Shown: positions 50,596-61,308 of the stretch, in pieces
Layout of the letters: each line of letters starts with the position of its first letter
Numbering within the stretch: position 1 is the first letter of the stretch
From: an uncultured delta proteobacterium
GTDB taxonomy: Bacteria > Desulfobacterota > Syntrophorhabdia > Syntrophorhabdales > WCHB1-27
Direction: 5' to 3'
Length of the DNA: 64,000 nt
NCBI GenBank assembly: GCA_963749525.1
Contig: CAVVNC010000011.1
Coordinates: forward strand, 5,450 to 69,449
Position numbers and translations under genes: made by a program
Notes under the pieces: model-generated
Told to the model about the DNA's origin: nothing
Seen by the model: the letters and a program-made list of their open reading frames with translations, nothing else
Database searches by the model: none

Positions 50596-50807
50596 TTTTC
50601 CACACGGAATGTGGAAAAGATGGGGATAACTCATCGACGGTGCCACGTATTCTACCGGAATGACGAGGTTTTCCTTGAATTGCCTCTTCGGCGGGCACAT
50701 CCAAAAGGGCGCTGTTTTCAAGGGATATGAGAAAACCTAGATATGCTCTGCCTGTCGCCCCTATTTTGGGTGACTGTGGAAACAAACCTAACAATATCAG
50801 ATGCTTA
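50596..50807. promoter_or_regulatory. DnaA-box cluster with IHF consensus site
   Basis: TTTTCCACA (50596), TGTGGAAAA (50610), TGGGGATAA (50621), TGTGGAAAC (50775); TATCAGATGCTTA (50795) fits WATCARNNNNTTR. Confidence 0.6.
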
Positions 50808-51048
50808 TGTGCGACCACGTTCGTGGCCGCTAAGACGCCCCCGGTTTTGACCCCCGGAAGAGCCCTTTCCGAGGCTATTTGATCGAAGGCGAGAAACGGT
50901 CAACTGGGAGGCATAACCTCAGCCTGCTCTACGTTCGTTGCAGTGCGGACTTGAGACGCTCCTTTTTCATTGCCGGGTTAGTCGGCCGATAGACTTAAGG
51001 CGGCCTTACCTTGCACGTCCACCCGAAGCTCCTTCGCGCAAAAACGCG

Positions 51049-51772
51049 CTAGGCCTTCCTTCGCCTCAACTTCGGTCCCTTCAGAGGAGATCCCTCTTTG
51101 ATCCGGCGCACCGCCGCCTTTCGCTCCGCCTCGGATGCCATCTGCTCCACGAGGCGGGCCATCAAGAGCTCGGCGTGACGCGTGACTGCCCGGTCGACCC
51201 GCTCGGGATCGCGATCGGACAAGCCGGCGACGATCTCCTGGTGCACGAGGTAGATGGAGGGGAGGAGGGTCATGATATCGAAGGGCGTGGGGAAGACGTG
51301 GGTTGTGATCGATTCGTAGAGACTCTTCAGGTAGGCATTGCCCGCGGCCTCGGTGATGAGGCGGTGAAACTTGATGTCCGCCGCATAGTAGGTCGCGACG
51401 TCGGCGGCTTCGAGCGCCGCCAACTGGTCCGGGAGGCATCTGGAGATCCTGTCGAGAATGGGGCGCGTTGATCCGCTCCACTGCCAGGGCGCTTGCGAGA
51501 CGGTCCAGGGCGCTCCGTACCTCGATGATGTCTCTCACCCGTTCGAGGGGTCTTTCGGCCATAAAGACCCCTCTATTCGGGATATTCTGGAGGATCCCCT
51601 CCTGGCCGAGCCTCCGTATGGCCTCCCAGACAGGGGTCCTGCTGACTCTCAACTCTCTGGCCAACTCCTCTACGTTAAGGCGCTGTCCGGGCTCGAACCT
51701 TCTGCCCCCTATGATGCCCCGCAGAGACTGGTAGACCGTTTCACTCATGAGCTGCTTCTTTTTCTCGATCAA
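51049..51772 (-). CDS. GntR/FCD transcriptional regulator, frameshift near 51460
   Basis: ELARELRVSRTPVWEAIRRL HTH; DIKFHRLI..AGNAYL..HQEIV in a second frame. Confidence 0.88.
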
Positions 51773-51875
51773 AGCGTCCTACCTCTTCCGCCTCGCGGGC
51801 CTTTCTCCCGGACCGACTCATAACCCTTTCCTGGAACCTCCCTGTTGCCTCCCTCGATCGTGAGGCCGGTTCAGC

Positions 51876-52634
51876 TCAGATCTTGAGGGCCTGCTTCACT
51901 TCGTCGGGGGTGCTCGCCTTGAAGGCAGCCAGCTTCTTTAGACCCTTGTCGGTGACAAAGGCTTTTCCGTCCTTGATTTCGAGATAGCCCATGAGCGTCA
52001 GCTCTTCATCGAGGCAATCGATCATGATAGGGCTGAGGGCAGGGTGGATCTCCTCGATCTCTTCCTTCGAAAACAGACCGAGTATCTCTTTGGCAGGAAG
52101 CCCCTGTTTCTTCGACACGCGGTCCAGGATGACCATCTCCCTCCTGAAGTACGGGATATCGTAGCCCTTGTCGCTTAAGTCAAATGCCTTGGCTTTCACC
52201 ACCATCGAGGTCCTCTTGTCCGGGCAGATAACGGTGAACGGGTCCATTGCGATCGTCCGTTCCGTGATGGGCGGCCACCTGAACGCGTCGCCCGGCTCCA
52301 TGTTTGCCATGTGATAGGGGGGCTCACGCCGTCGAGCTCGAGGACATTCTGAAATCCAAGGCCATCGTACTTGGCCCGGCTCGGGTCCTTCTTGCTCTTG
52401 CGTCGAATACCAGAAGGGGTAGTAGTAGGGGGCAGGCGGAACGACTCTCGGCCCAAGAGAGTGCAAAGGCATCATTGCGGGGATAAGGAGACGCGTTACC
52501 GACGGGCAGATACGGCCGACGAACTTCTCCCCATCGTACATGAACTCGTCGCCGACTTTGTGAAGAAAATGGCAGGGATACTTCTCCTCGTCGCCCAGGA
52601 AACCAACCACCGTTGCTTTGATCTGAAATGGCAT
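51876..52634 (-). CDS. Uncharacterised Cys-containing protein (TIGR04076-like N-terminus, winged-helix-like C-terminus); two compensating frameshifts likely
   Basis: PCHFLHKVGDEF, ICP, ICPD; alternative frame gives KKDPSRAKYDGLGFQNVLE; GAGGAG RBS. Confidence 0.7.
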   Translation of the reverse strand: MPFQIKATVVGFLGDEEKYPCHFLHKVGDEFMYDGEKFVGRICPSVTRLLIPAMMPLHSLGPRVVPPAPYYYPFWYSTQEQEGPEPGQVRWPWISECPRARRREPPYHMANMEPGDAFRWPPITERTIAMDPFTVICPDKRTSMVVKAKAFDLSDKGYDIPYFRREMVILDRVSKKQGLPAKEILGLFSKEEIEEIHPALSPIMIDCLDEELTLMGYLEIKDGKAFVTDKGLKKLAAFKASTPDEVKQALKI

Positions 52635-52720
52635 GTGACTCCTCCTCTCTATTTATTCAAAGAACTAAAGGGCTCTTTCCAAACGTCTTCGTGCTTTCCA
52701 CCGTTTCATATATGCGGTGT

Positions 52721-53488
52721 TTACAGCAGGAGAAACCCCCCGTCTACCGGTATCGCCGTGCCGGTCACGAACCCCGCCTCTTCCGAGCACAACCAGAGAA
52801 CGAGGGCGGAGACCTCCGCTGCCTTGCCGACCCTGCCGACGGGATGAAGCGATATGGCCCTCTGGGCCGAGGCCTCGTCCTTGAGGAACGTCCTGTAGGA
52901 CATGGGCGTCTCGATCATGGCCGGGCAGACCGCATTCACCCTGATGCCCTGGTCCGCGTATTCGATGGCCCCGGTCTTCGTAAGCCCTATCACGCCATGC
53001 TTGCTCACGATGTAGGCGGAGCCCACCCTCTTGCCGGCCTTGTACCCGGCCACGGCCGACATGTTGACGATCGATCCTCCCCCCCGTTTCAGCATCTCCG
53101 GGATCTCATATTTCATGCAGAGGAACATGCCGGTCAGGTTGACGGCGAGCACCTGATCCCACGACTCTTTCTTGTAGTCCACGATGGAGGTCATGAGGCT
53201 TCCGTCCATGCCGGCGTTGTTGTACGCGCAGTCGAGCCCCCCGTAAGCGTCGACGCAGGCCTTCACCATGGCTGCCACGTCCTCTTCCTTGGACACGTCG
53301 GCGCGGACGAAGAGCGCTTCTCCTCCCGCTTGCCTTATTCCCGCTGCCGCCTCTTCCCCTTCCTTGACGCGCCTCCCTGAGATCACGACCTTTGCCCCTT
53401 CACTAGCGAAGGCGAGGGCGCCGTCGTAACCGAGGCCCGAGGTGCCGCCCGTTACAATGACTACCTTTGATTCGAATCGTCTGCCCAT
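52721..53488 (-). CDS. SDR family oxidoreductase, copy 1
   Basis: TGGTSGLG, NNAG, YIVSK, VDGG. Confidence 0.92.
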   Translation of the reverse strand: MGRRFESKVVIVTGGTSGLGYDGALAFASEGAKVVISGRRVKEGEEAAAGIRQAGGEALFVRADVSKEEDVAAMVKACVDAYGGLDCAYNNAGMDGSLMTSIVDYKKESWDQVLAVNLTGMFLCMKYEIPEMLKRGGGSIVNMSAVAGYKAGKRVGSAYIVSKHGVIGLTKTGAIEYADQGIRVNAVCPAMIETPMSYRTFLKDEASAQRAISLHPVGRVGKAAEVSALVLWLCSEEAGFVTGTAIPVDGGFLLL

Positions 53489-54577
53489 GCTTTTCTAGCC
53501 TCCTCACGTTAAGTTCACAGGACGCATCTTTCGCGCCTGATTGGTCCGCTCCGGCTCGATAAGCGGCCGGGGGTCTTCCTTCCTGGTTCGCTTCTCCAAT
53601 GGTATGCAACGCCCATGGGTGATGTCAACATGAATTTCACGAAATAATTGTGGCAGCAGGAGAAACCCCCCGTCTACCGGTATCGCCGTGCCGGTCACGA
53701 ACCCCGCCTCTTCCGAGCACAACCAGAGAACGAGGGCGGAGACCTCCGCTGCCTTGCCGACCCTGCCGACGGGATGAAGCGATATGGCCCTCTGGGCCGA
53801 GGCCTCGTCCTTGAGGAACGTCCTGTAGGACATGGGCGTCTCGATCATGGCCGGGCAGACCGCATTCACCCTGATGCCCTGGTCCGCGTATTCGATGGCC
53901 CCGGTCTTCGTAAGCCCTATCACGCCATGCTTGCTCACGATGTAGGCGGAGCCCACCCTCTTGCCGGCCTTGTACCCGGCCACGGCCGACATGTTGACGA
54001 TCGATCCTCCCCCCCGTTTCAGCATCTCCGGGATCTCATACTTCATGCAGAGGAACATGCCGGTCAGGTTGACGGCGAGCACCTGATCCCACGACTCTTT
54101 CTTGTAGTCCACGATGGAGGTCATGAGGCTTCCGTCCATGCCGGCGTTGTTGTACGCGCAGTCGAGCCCCCCGTAAGCGTCGACGCAAGCCTTCACCATG
54201 GCTGCCACGTCCTCTTCCTTGGACACGTCGGCGCGGACGAAGAGCGCTTCTCCTCCCGCTTGCCTTATTCCCGCTGCCGCCTCTTCCCCTTCCTTGACAC
54301 GCCTCCCTGAAATCACCACCTTTGCCCCTTCACTAGCGAAGGCGAGGGCGCCGTCGTAACCGAGGCCCGAGGTGCCGCCCGTTACAATGACTACCTTTGA
54401 TTCGAATCGTCTGCCCATGCTTTTCTAGCCTCCTCACGTTAAGTTCACAGGACGCATCTTTCGCGCCTGATTCGTCCGCTCCGGCTGATAAGCGGCCGGG
54501 GGTATTCCTTCCTGCTTCATTTCTCCAATGGTATGCGAGCCCATGGGTGATGTCAACATGAATTTCACGAAATAATC
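52724..54577. repeat. 930-bp tandem duplication of the SDR gene plus upstream region
   Basis: 52724-53648 aligns to 53654-54577 at an offset of 930. Confidence 0.95.
53504..54418 (-). CDS. SDR family oxidoreductase, copy 2; native stop missing, reads through the junction
   Basis: Protein identical to copy 1 for 255 aa, then 49 extra residues from upstream non-coding DNA. Confidence 0.8.
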   Translation of the reverse strand: MGRRFESKVVIVTGGTSGLGYDGALAFASEGAKVVISGRRVKEGEEAAAGIRQAGGEALFVRADVSKEEDVAAMVKACVDAYGGLDCAYNNAGMDGSLMTSIVDYKKESWDQVLAVNLTGMFLCMKYEIPEMLKRGGGSIVNMSAVAGYKAGKRVGSAYIVSKHGVIGLTKTGAIEYADQGIRVNAVCPAMIETPMSYRTFLKDEASAQRAISLHPVGRVGKAAEVSALVLWLCSEEAGFVTGTAIPVDGGFLLLPQLFREIHVDITHGRCIPLEKRTRKEDPRPLIEPERTNQARKMRPVNLT

Positions 54578-54804
54578 GTGGTAAATCCATGATAGTTTGT
54601 TAAGTTATTGTAGTTGCTAATGTTTACTAATTGAGGCTCACATCATGGCCAGGGCCTGTCTTCATGAAGATAGCCTGACCGTGTATCCGGAAGGTCCAGC
54701 CCAAGGCGCAGATCCGATCAATGTCAGGAGGGGAGGGCTGTCGATATTAGTGTCATGTCAAGCCTCTGATGTCGGCTGCACCTGGTGGATGAGAAGGCCG
54801 ATTT

Positions 54805-55332
54805 GGGGCGCAGAAGACAAGGCTTAGGGTGGACATGCAGGTCCGGCCAGTCCGCCTGAAGGAATCGCGAGCAATTAATGGGGTTCAGCACCCCCTCCAC
54901 AGGCAAAGCCTGCGGAGCCTCCCCGCTCACCCTCGCGTGCGCTCGTCATGGGCGCCCTCTTCACCACGTGGCCTCCGATATACGAAAGTATTATCTGCGG
55001 CCGACGTGGTTCAGATTGCATCCACACCTCACGCGATCGTTTTTCCAAGGCGGGAAAAACGATCCTTGATCCCTCCACGCGGACCGTCCATTCGCCGCCG
55101 GAATTGAACCAATGGTCGCCAATTCCGGCATTTAGAGGACGCTTGAGCGACTATTGGATCGGCGGCCTGCCGGTATACCAGGCGGGAGGGCCGCCTCTAG
55201 ATTTTGAAAAGACAAGGTAGTCTTTATGTGGGCTTCGCGGCAGTGTGGGATTGATAGGGCATGTCCACAAGGCGGTCCTGTCCTTATCTCGTCGTGCATA
55301 GTCCGAGGACGACTTAAGAATTGCTCGCGACG
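54805..55332. mobile_element. Beta-type composite repeat, truncated on the right, with an extra internal segment
   Basis: Colinear with 24441-24838; extra ~140 bp around 54946-55085. Confidence 0.85.
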
Positions 55333-55435
55333 AACGCTTCCGTCCCAAGGGGGTACCCGAGTGACTCCCGCAATGCAACGCTTCCGAAAAGGTTCCGCCT
55401 GGTAAGCCAATCGGTACTTTGTTTTGAGAAAGGGT

Positions 55436-56776
55436 CTATTCTTCCGGTCTGGCTGCGGTTCTGCGGCGGGGACGGCGTCTGCGCCGCCTTTTTCCTCGTC
55501 TTTTCGCGGGGGCTTCCTCTGCCGACTCCTCCGGAGGCGGTGGGGAAGGGGCCGTCAAGAGGAAGGCCTCCCACCATTCGAGCGCTACGCGAAGCTCCTT
55601 TCTGCGTGTTGCCGAAAGTCGCAAGTAGGCGAGGGCCTCGTTGAACTCAGGCCGGGCGATCGCGGAGGCAGGCCGTCGCGGCGGCATCTTGTGCAGGGAC
55701 GGCTGAAGGGCGAGGATGGTGCGAAGCCGGTCGCCGACCCGCTTCGGGATGGATATGGCCCTCGATATCTCTTCCAAGAGAATTGCGCATGCTTCATCCA
55801 ACGCCTGGTGGCGGGGAATGCCGTCACGGTGGCGTGCGAGCGCGGCATCCTCCAAACCGGGGCCGAAGAGGGCTGCCGCGAAGAGCGCCGGCGACGGGGG
55901 CGTGCCGCTCCGACAAAGCTCGTCGGTCCACGCGAGGTTCGAAAGGAGCAACGAAAGGCGATGGCCGCTCGCGTAGATCCATCGGGTGAGGCTGGGGAAA
56001 AGGGCGGCGAGGAGTCCGCTTCCCTCCAGGAGGCTGAAGGCAGGCCGGGCAGATCCAAGGAGGAAGAGCTTCTGCATCTCCTCGTAGAGCCTTCCCGGGG
56101 TGGCGCGCAAGATGAAGGGGGCCAGGTCGCACATGGCCTCCCACGCGGCAGGCTCTATGACAAAGTCGTGGGATGCCGCAAAGCGAACGGCACGGAGCAT
56201 TCGCACCGGGTCTTCGGTGAAGCGGACCCGGGGGTCGCCGATGGGGCGGATGAGCCGCTCCTGAAGGTCGGCCAGGCCCGTGCTGTAGTCGATAACCGAG
56301 AAATCGGCGATGTTGTAGGCGAGGGCGTTGATGGTGAAGTCGCGGCGGAGGGCATCCTCCTCAGGGCTTCCGAAGAGGTTGTCCACGAGAACCATGCCGT
56401 CTTCGTCCGTGACGTGGCGGGGGCGGCGAAATGGCGGGCCTTCCCCCTCGAGTTCGACCTCGTCGGAAGGGGCGGCAGCCCGGCGGAAGGTAGATATCTC
56501 CAGGATCTCATTCACAAAATGGATATGGGCCAGCCTGAAGCGGCGGCCTATGAGGCGGCAATTGCGAAAGAGCCGCTTGATCTGGCCGGGGGTGGCATTT
56601 GTGGATATGTCGAAGTCCTTCGGGGTTCGCCCCAGGAGCAGGTCGCGGACGCACCCCCCCACCAGGTAAGCGACAAAGCCGGCAGAATTGAGCCTGTAGA
56701 GCGTGCGCACGGCATTCGGACTCACGTGCTTCCGTGAGATGCGGTGCTCCTTCCGGGGTATGATTCGCGGCTCCAC
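55436..56776 (-). CDS. pcnB: Poly(A) polymerase I
   Basis: VGGCVRDLLLGRTPKDFD, PAP signature LIGRRFRLAHI, RRDFTINAL, EDPVRMLR; basic tail. Confidence 0.93.
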   Translation of the reverse strand: MEPRIIPRKEHRISRKHVSPNAVRTLYRLNSAGFVAYLVGGCVRDLLLGRTPKDFDISTNATPGQIKRLFRNCRLIGRRFRLAHIHFVNEILEISTFRRAAAPSDEVELEGEGPPFRRPRHVTDEDGMVLVDNLFGSPEEDALRRDFTINALAYNIADFSVIDYSTGLADLQERLIRPIGDPRVRFTEDPVRMLRAVRFAASHDFVIEPAAWEAMCDLAPFILRATPGRLYEEMQKLFLLGSARPAFSLLEGSGLLAALFPSLTRWIYASGHRLSLLLSNLAWTDELCRSGTPPSPALFAAALFGPGLEDAALARHRDGIPRHQALDEACAILLEEISRAISIPKRVGDRLRTILALQPSLHKMPPRRPASAIARPEFNEALAYLRLSATRRKELRVALEWWEAFLLTAPSPPPPEESAEEAPAKRRGKRRRRRRPRRRTAARPEE

Positions 56777-57217
56777 GCCGTTTACAATACCATAGCGGGT
56801 GGAAAAAGCAACATTTCTGTGAGTGGGGGTGCGGGCAGGGGGGCGGCCGGGCGCTTTTTGCGGCTCACTTTGTCATCGCAACGCCGCGCGGGTCCTCACA
56901 TACGTTAAAGTATGCTCCGGTCCGGCCACGCCGCGATTTCGCGTTATCCATCAAAAATCGCCGCGGCCGCGAGAAAGACCTGAGGTATACCAAACGGCGG
57001 GGTCCAAGGCGGTGGGAATACCATAGCTTGAAACCCGTTTACACGTAAACTGTTGAGCTCGCTTAATAGTCTGAGGTGAGGATTGTCGCTAGAAAGAGCC
57101 GAATTGTCACCAGCAACGTAGCACGGGCAATAACGTCCCTGCCTTCCCTGGAAGCCTGACACCAAATAACGGAATTACGTCCTTAGGCCTTCCGCACGCG
57201 CCTTTCTTTGAGGATCT

Positions 57218-60049
57218 CTACTTCATTCGATTCAAGGCATCTGCATGTTTTTGGACACATGCATCGTAGTCCGCGGGACTGAAACTTTTCTTAAGCAAAG
57301 CAAGGTCAACCCTTACATTGCTCTCCGCGAGGGAGGCATAGTAAGGTGCTCTGCTGCGAAAGGTTTCCCACACCAAACAGTGTTTTTCGAGCGCCATGCA
57401 AGCTATTTCAACACTCTCCTTTCGCTCTCCCAGACGTCTGAGCGCATTGCCCAGATTGTTCTGCGCCAGAGCCCAGTCGAGAGGCACACGCGTCTGGGTC
57501 AGTTCTTTCAGAGCCTCCCGGAACGCGGCAACGGCCTCCTCGAGCCGCTTCGTCCCGCCCTCCCGCTCTCCCAGAAACATGAGCGCAGAGCCCAGATCGG
57601 CCTGCGTCGAACCCCAGTCGAGGGGCACACGCTCCCGTGTCCGTTCTTTCAGAGCCTCCCGGAACGCGGCAACGCCCTCCTCGAGCCGCTGCGTTCCGTT
57701 CTCCCGCTCTCCCAGCCTTGCCAGCGCATCACCAAGATCGACCTGCGTCCCAGCCCAGTCGAGGGGCACACGCTCCCGCGTCCGTTCTTTCAGAGCCTCC
57801 TGCAGTGCGGCAACGCCCTCCTCGAGCCGCTTTGTCCCGCCCTCCCGCTCTCCCAGACGCACGAGTGCAGAGCCGAGATTGCCCTGCGTTGCAGCCCAGT
57901 CGAGGGGCACACGCTCCCGCGTCCGTTCTTTCAAAGCTTCCCGGTACGCGGTAACGGCCTCCTCGAGACGCTTCGTTCCGCTCTCCCGCTCTCCCAGAAG
58001 CATGAGCGCATTGCCCAGATTGTTCTGCGCCAGAGCCCAGTAGAGGGGCATATGCTTCCGAGTGTATTCTATTAGAGCTTCCTGATACGCGGCAGCGGCC
58101 TCCTCGAGCCGCTGCGTCCCGCTCTCCCGCTCTGCAAGCGTGATGAGCACGTTGCCCAGATTGTTCTGCGTTGCAGCCCAGTCGAGGGGCACACGCTCCC
58201 GAGTCAGTTCCTTCAGAGCTTCCTGATACGCGGCAACGGCCTCCTCGAGCCGCTTCGTCCCGCTCTCCCAGCGCGTTGAGCACGTTGCCCAGATTGTTCT
58301 GCGTCCCAGCCCAGCCGAGGGGCACGCGCTCCCGAGTCAGTTCCTTCAGAGCTTCCTGATACGCGGCAACGGCCTCCTCGAGCCGCTGCGTCCCGCTCTC
58401 CCGCTCTGCAAGCGTGATGAGCACGTTGCCCAGATTGTTCTGCGTTGCAGCCCAGTCGAGGGGCACACGCTCCCGAGTCAGTTCCTTCAGAGCTTCCTGA
58501 TACGCGGCAACGGCCTCCTCGAGCCGCTTCGTCCCGCTCTCCCGCTCTCCCAACCTCATGAGCGCAATGCCCATATCGGTCTGTGTCGCAGCCCAGCCGA
58601 GGGGCACGCGCTCCCGAGTCAGTTCCTTCAGAGCTTCCTGATACGCGGCAACGGCCTCCTCGAGCCGCTGCGTCCCGCTCTCCCGCGCTCCCAGCCTTGC
58701 GAGCGTAGCGCCCAGAGCGCTCTGCGTCCCAGCCCAGTCTAGGGGCACACGCTCCCGTGTTCGTTCCTTCAGAGCTTCCCGGTACGCGGCAACGGCCTCC
58801 TCGAGACGCTTCGTCCCGCTCTCCCGCTCTCCCAACCTCATGAGCGCAATGCCCATATCGGTCTGTGTCGCAGCCCAGTCGAGGGGCACGCGCTCTTGTG
58901 TTCGTTCCTTCAGAGCTTCCTGGAATGCCGTAACGGCCTCCTCGAGCCGCTTCGTCGCGCTTTCCCGCGCTCCCAGAAGCATGAGCGCGGCGCCCAGATT
59001 GACCTGCGTCCCAGCCCAATTGAGAGGCACACGCTCTCGAGTGTATTTTTTCAAAGCTTCCCGGAATGCGGTAACGGCCTCCTCGAGCCGCTTCGTCCCG
59101 CTCTCCCGCTCTCCCAGACTCATGAGCGCAATGCCCAGATCGGTCTGTGTCGCAGCCCAGTCGAGGGGCACACGCTCTCGAGTCAGTTCTTTCAGAGCCT
59201 CTTCGTAGGTTTGAATAGCCTCTACGAATGCCTCATTATAGCCCTTCTCCCTTCCAAAGGCCGTTAGGGCATCGCCCAGTATTACCCCCGTTTGGGCTCG
59301 CGTTTCCTGGCTCCAGCCGGGCCTATCGTCGCTACTCCTCAATAGTCGACGCACCTTATCTATGAACGGTCGAATCTGATCGCCCATATATCGCCCCTGG
59401 GCGGCGGAGAATTCTGCGGTCTGGGTGGTTATCAGCAGACGGAGAACCTGGGCCAGATCTTCCCAGAAGATAGCAGGCAGATGGAGATCTTCCGTTGGCT
59501 GGTAACGGCCGTACTGTCCTGCCGTTCCGAAGACTACTGACTCTGTCCAATAAAGTTTGGGCACAGTCCTCCCTGAGGTCCTGATAACCCTCCCCAAATA
59601 AGGACCTGAGCCCCCGATTTACTAAGATACTCGCGGGCTTTTGCGTGTCCGCGCTTTTCCATCTCTTCCGGATAAGCCCCTTCGAGAGGGATCAGCCTAT
59701 CCAGTCGGAGAGTTTGTACTCCGTCAAATTCTTTAAGGGCCTCGGTGACGAGTTTCTCGACCTCGTGACCTTGGTCGTCTTCGAGGTGCGCTACGACGAC
59801 TGCAAAACGGTTCGGGTCTGCCTTCGGAACAGACTCCATTGATACCAGCGCCACGACGTTCTTGATGCCCGGAAGCTGGCTAACCTTGTCCCACTGCCAC
59901 CAGCACCCGAATAACAATAACAATGTGATAAAGATTACGATACCCAAACGGCCAGGGAAGTAATGAGATACGAACTTCCATACTTGGCTTATGATGTCGG
60001 GCGGCTTGTCATCGTTGGCCGTAGGGGGTGGAGTTATCTCGGGGGTCAC
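57218..60049 (-). CDS. Membrane-anchored TPR-like protein with 46-aa tandem repeats; frameshifts near 59590 and 58260
   Basis: Repeated RERVPLDWAATQNNLG..L..LGERESGT.RLEEAV.A..EALKE; N-terminal TM; three ORF pieces. Confidence 0.85.
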
Positions 60050-60238
60050 AGTACCCTCATAGGCACACCTTAGGGCTGATTCCCAATATGCATTAGCTGC
60101 TCTCTGTTCGTCGCGGTTCCTTTTCCGGTCCTTCCATGGCTCTAGGAATAGCCGAGGTACCTACAGCGATGTGGCGGGAACTCCAATTCATTTCCGCAGT
60201 CATTACCGATTGCATCACTTGTTATTGGATTACATCCC

Positions 60239-60934
60239 TCACGGTTTCGTCCCAACCATAAGCTCTATCCTGTTGCTGGGACTGTCTGGGTCGTCTCGCT
60301 CTTCTATCCGCGAGGCGATGCCTTCGACGGTTAACGCAGATACCAGGGAGGCAGCCGCCTTCTTGGTCTGCTCGTCTGCCGTAGGATGTACGTTCACAAA
60401 AACGCCACTCGCCATTCCAATCAGGTTTTTTACCCCCTTGTGCTTGACGTATTTCCAGCCTGCGCTATCTAAGGCGGCATATATGCGATTTGTTATAGAT
60501 AGCGGTTCTTTGAGGCCCCAATATGTAGTCACGAGAAACTCCTGCCCGGAAAATGGTTTAACTTTATCCGCGATCGCCGTAAGTTGGGCGTCTGTCAGCG
60601 ACCGGTCGGCAAGTCTCTGCTCGATCTTCATACGGGCCAAGCGCTCTGATTCGGCGATGCGATTTGCTTCCGCCGCTCGCGTATTGGCCTGTGCTATTTC
60701 AAGCTCAAATTGTCCGGATTGTCTTTCGAGAGAGGCAGTTCGCTCGCGAGAATCCGCGAGTGCATCATTCAAATAGTCTTCTTTTACATTTCCCATCCAT
60801 ACCACTAAAATGGTGGAAGCGACGCCGACTACCAGCCCAATAATCAGACCAATATTCGCCAAGTAATATAACCATGAGGCGGTTCCCGCTGACGGCCACA
60901 TACGCACTCCCCCTCGGCTCGCACTATTCGCCAT
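60239..60934 (-). CDS. Hypothetical protein: one TM, coiled coil, C-terminal globular domain
   Basis: 231-aa ORF with hydrophobic segment and heptad region. Confidence 0.7.
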   Translation of the reverse strand: MANSASRGGVRMWPSAGTASWLYYLANIGLIIGLVVGVASTILVVWMGNVKEDYLNDALADSRERTASLERQSGQFELEIAQANTRAAEANRIAESERLARMKIEQRLADRSLTDAQLTAIADKVKPFSGQEFLVTTYWGLKEPLSITNRIYAALDSAGWKYVKHKGVKNLIGMASGVFVNVHPTADEQTKKAAASLVSALTVEGIASRIEERDDPDSPSNRIELMVGTKP

Positions 60935-61272
60935 TATGGTTGTATTGATCCGGAACTCCCTTTGACCCGGGTCAGCTTATTCCTCACTAATTGCCACCAA
61001 GAAACTCCAAGGGGTAACGGGGTCCGCCCCTGACAGGCCCTTGAATCTTGAAATTGGCTTCCCCTCTTTTCCAGGATAATTCAATATCCCGCCGCCCCGC
61101 CCTTTTTCTCCTTCCTCGCGACATACTTTATTCAATTCTACACCCTGCCGAGGGAAGGTCAACAAGATTTCTTTCAGCCATGTCACCGAAGGACGGCGCG
61201 GCCATGGCAGGAGCACTATATGTGGGTGACCTTTTCTCTTTCCCTGGCTGGTTCTCCTGTCGTGGATTTTTG

Positions 61273-61308
61273 TTGACATCAGATTAGTATAATGCTATAT
61301 ACTAATCT
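61273..61308 (+). promoter_or_regulatory. Sigma70-like promoter overlapped by a perfect 11-bp inverted repeat
   Basis: TTGACA (61273), 19 bp, TATACT (61298); AGATTAGTATA-N6-TATACTAATCT (61281-61308). Confidence 0.55.

Noticed and set aside
50596-50807. Chromosomal oriC
   Set aside because: Few boxes, no obvious AT-rich unwinding element and no dnaA/dnaN/gidA nearby; kept only as a DARS/datA-like candidate
57218-59200. Diversity-generating retroelement or TALE-like repeats
   Set aside because: No reverse transcriptase, differences are not adenine-specific, and the 46-aa unit is TPR-like
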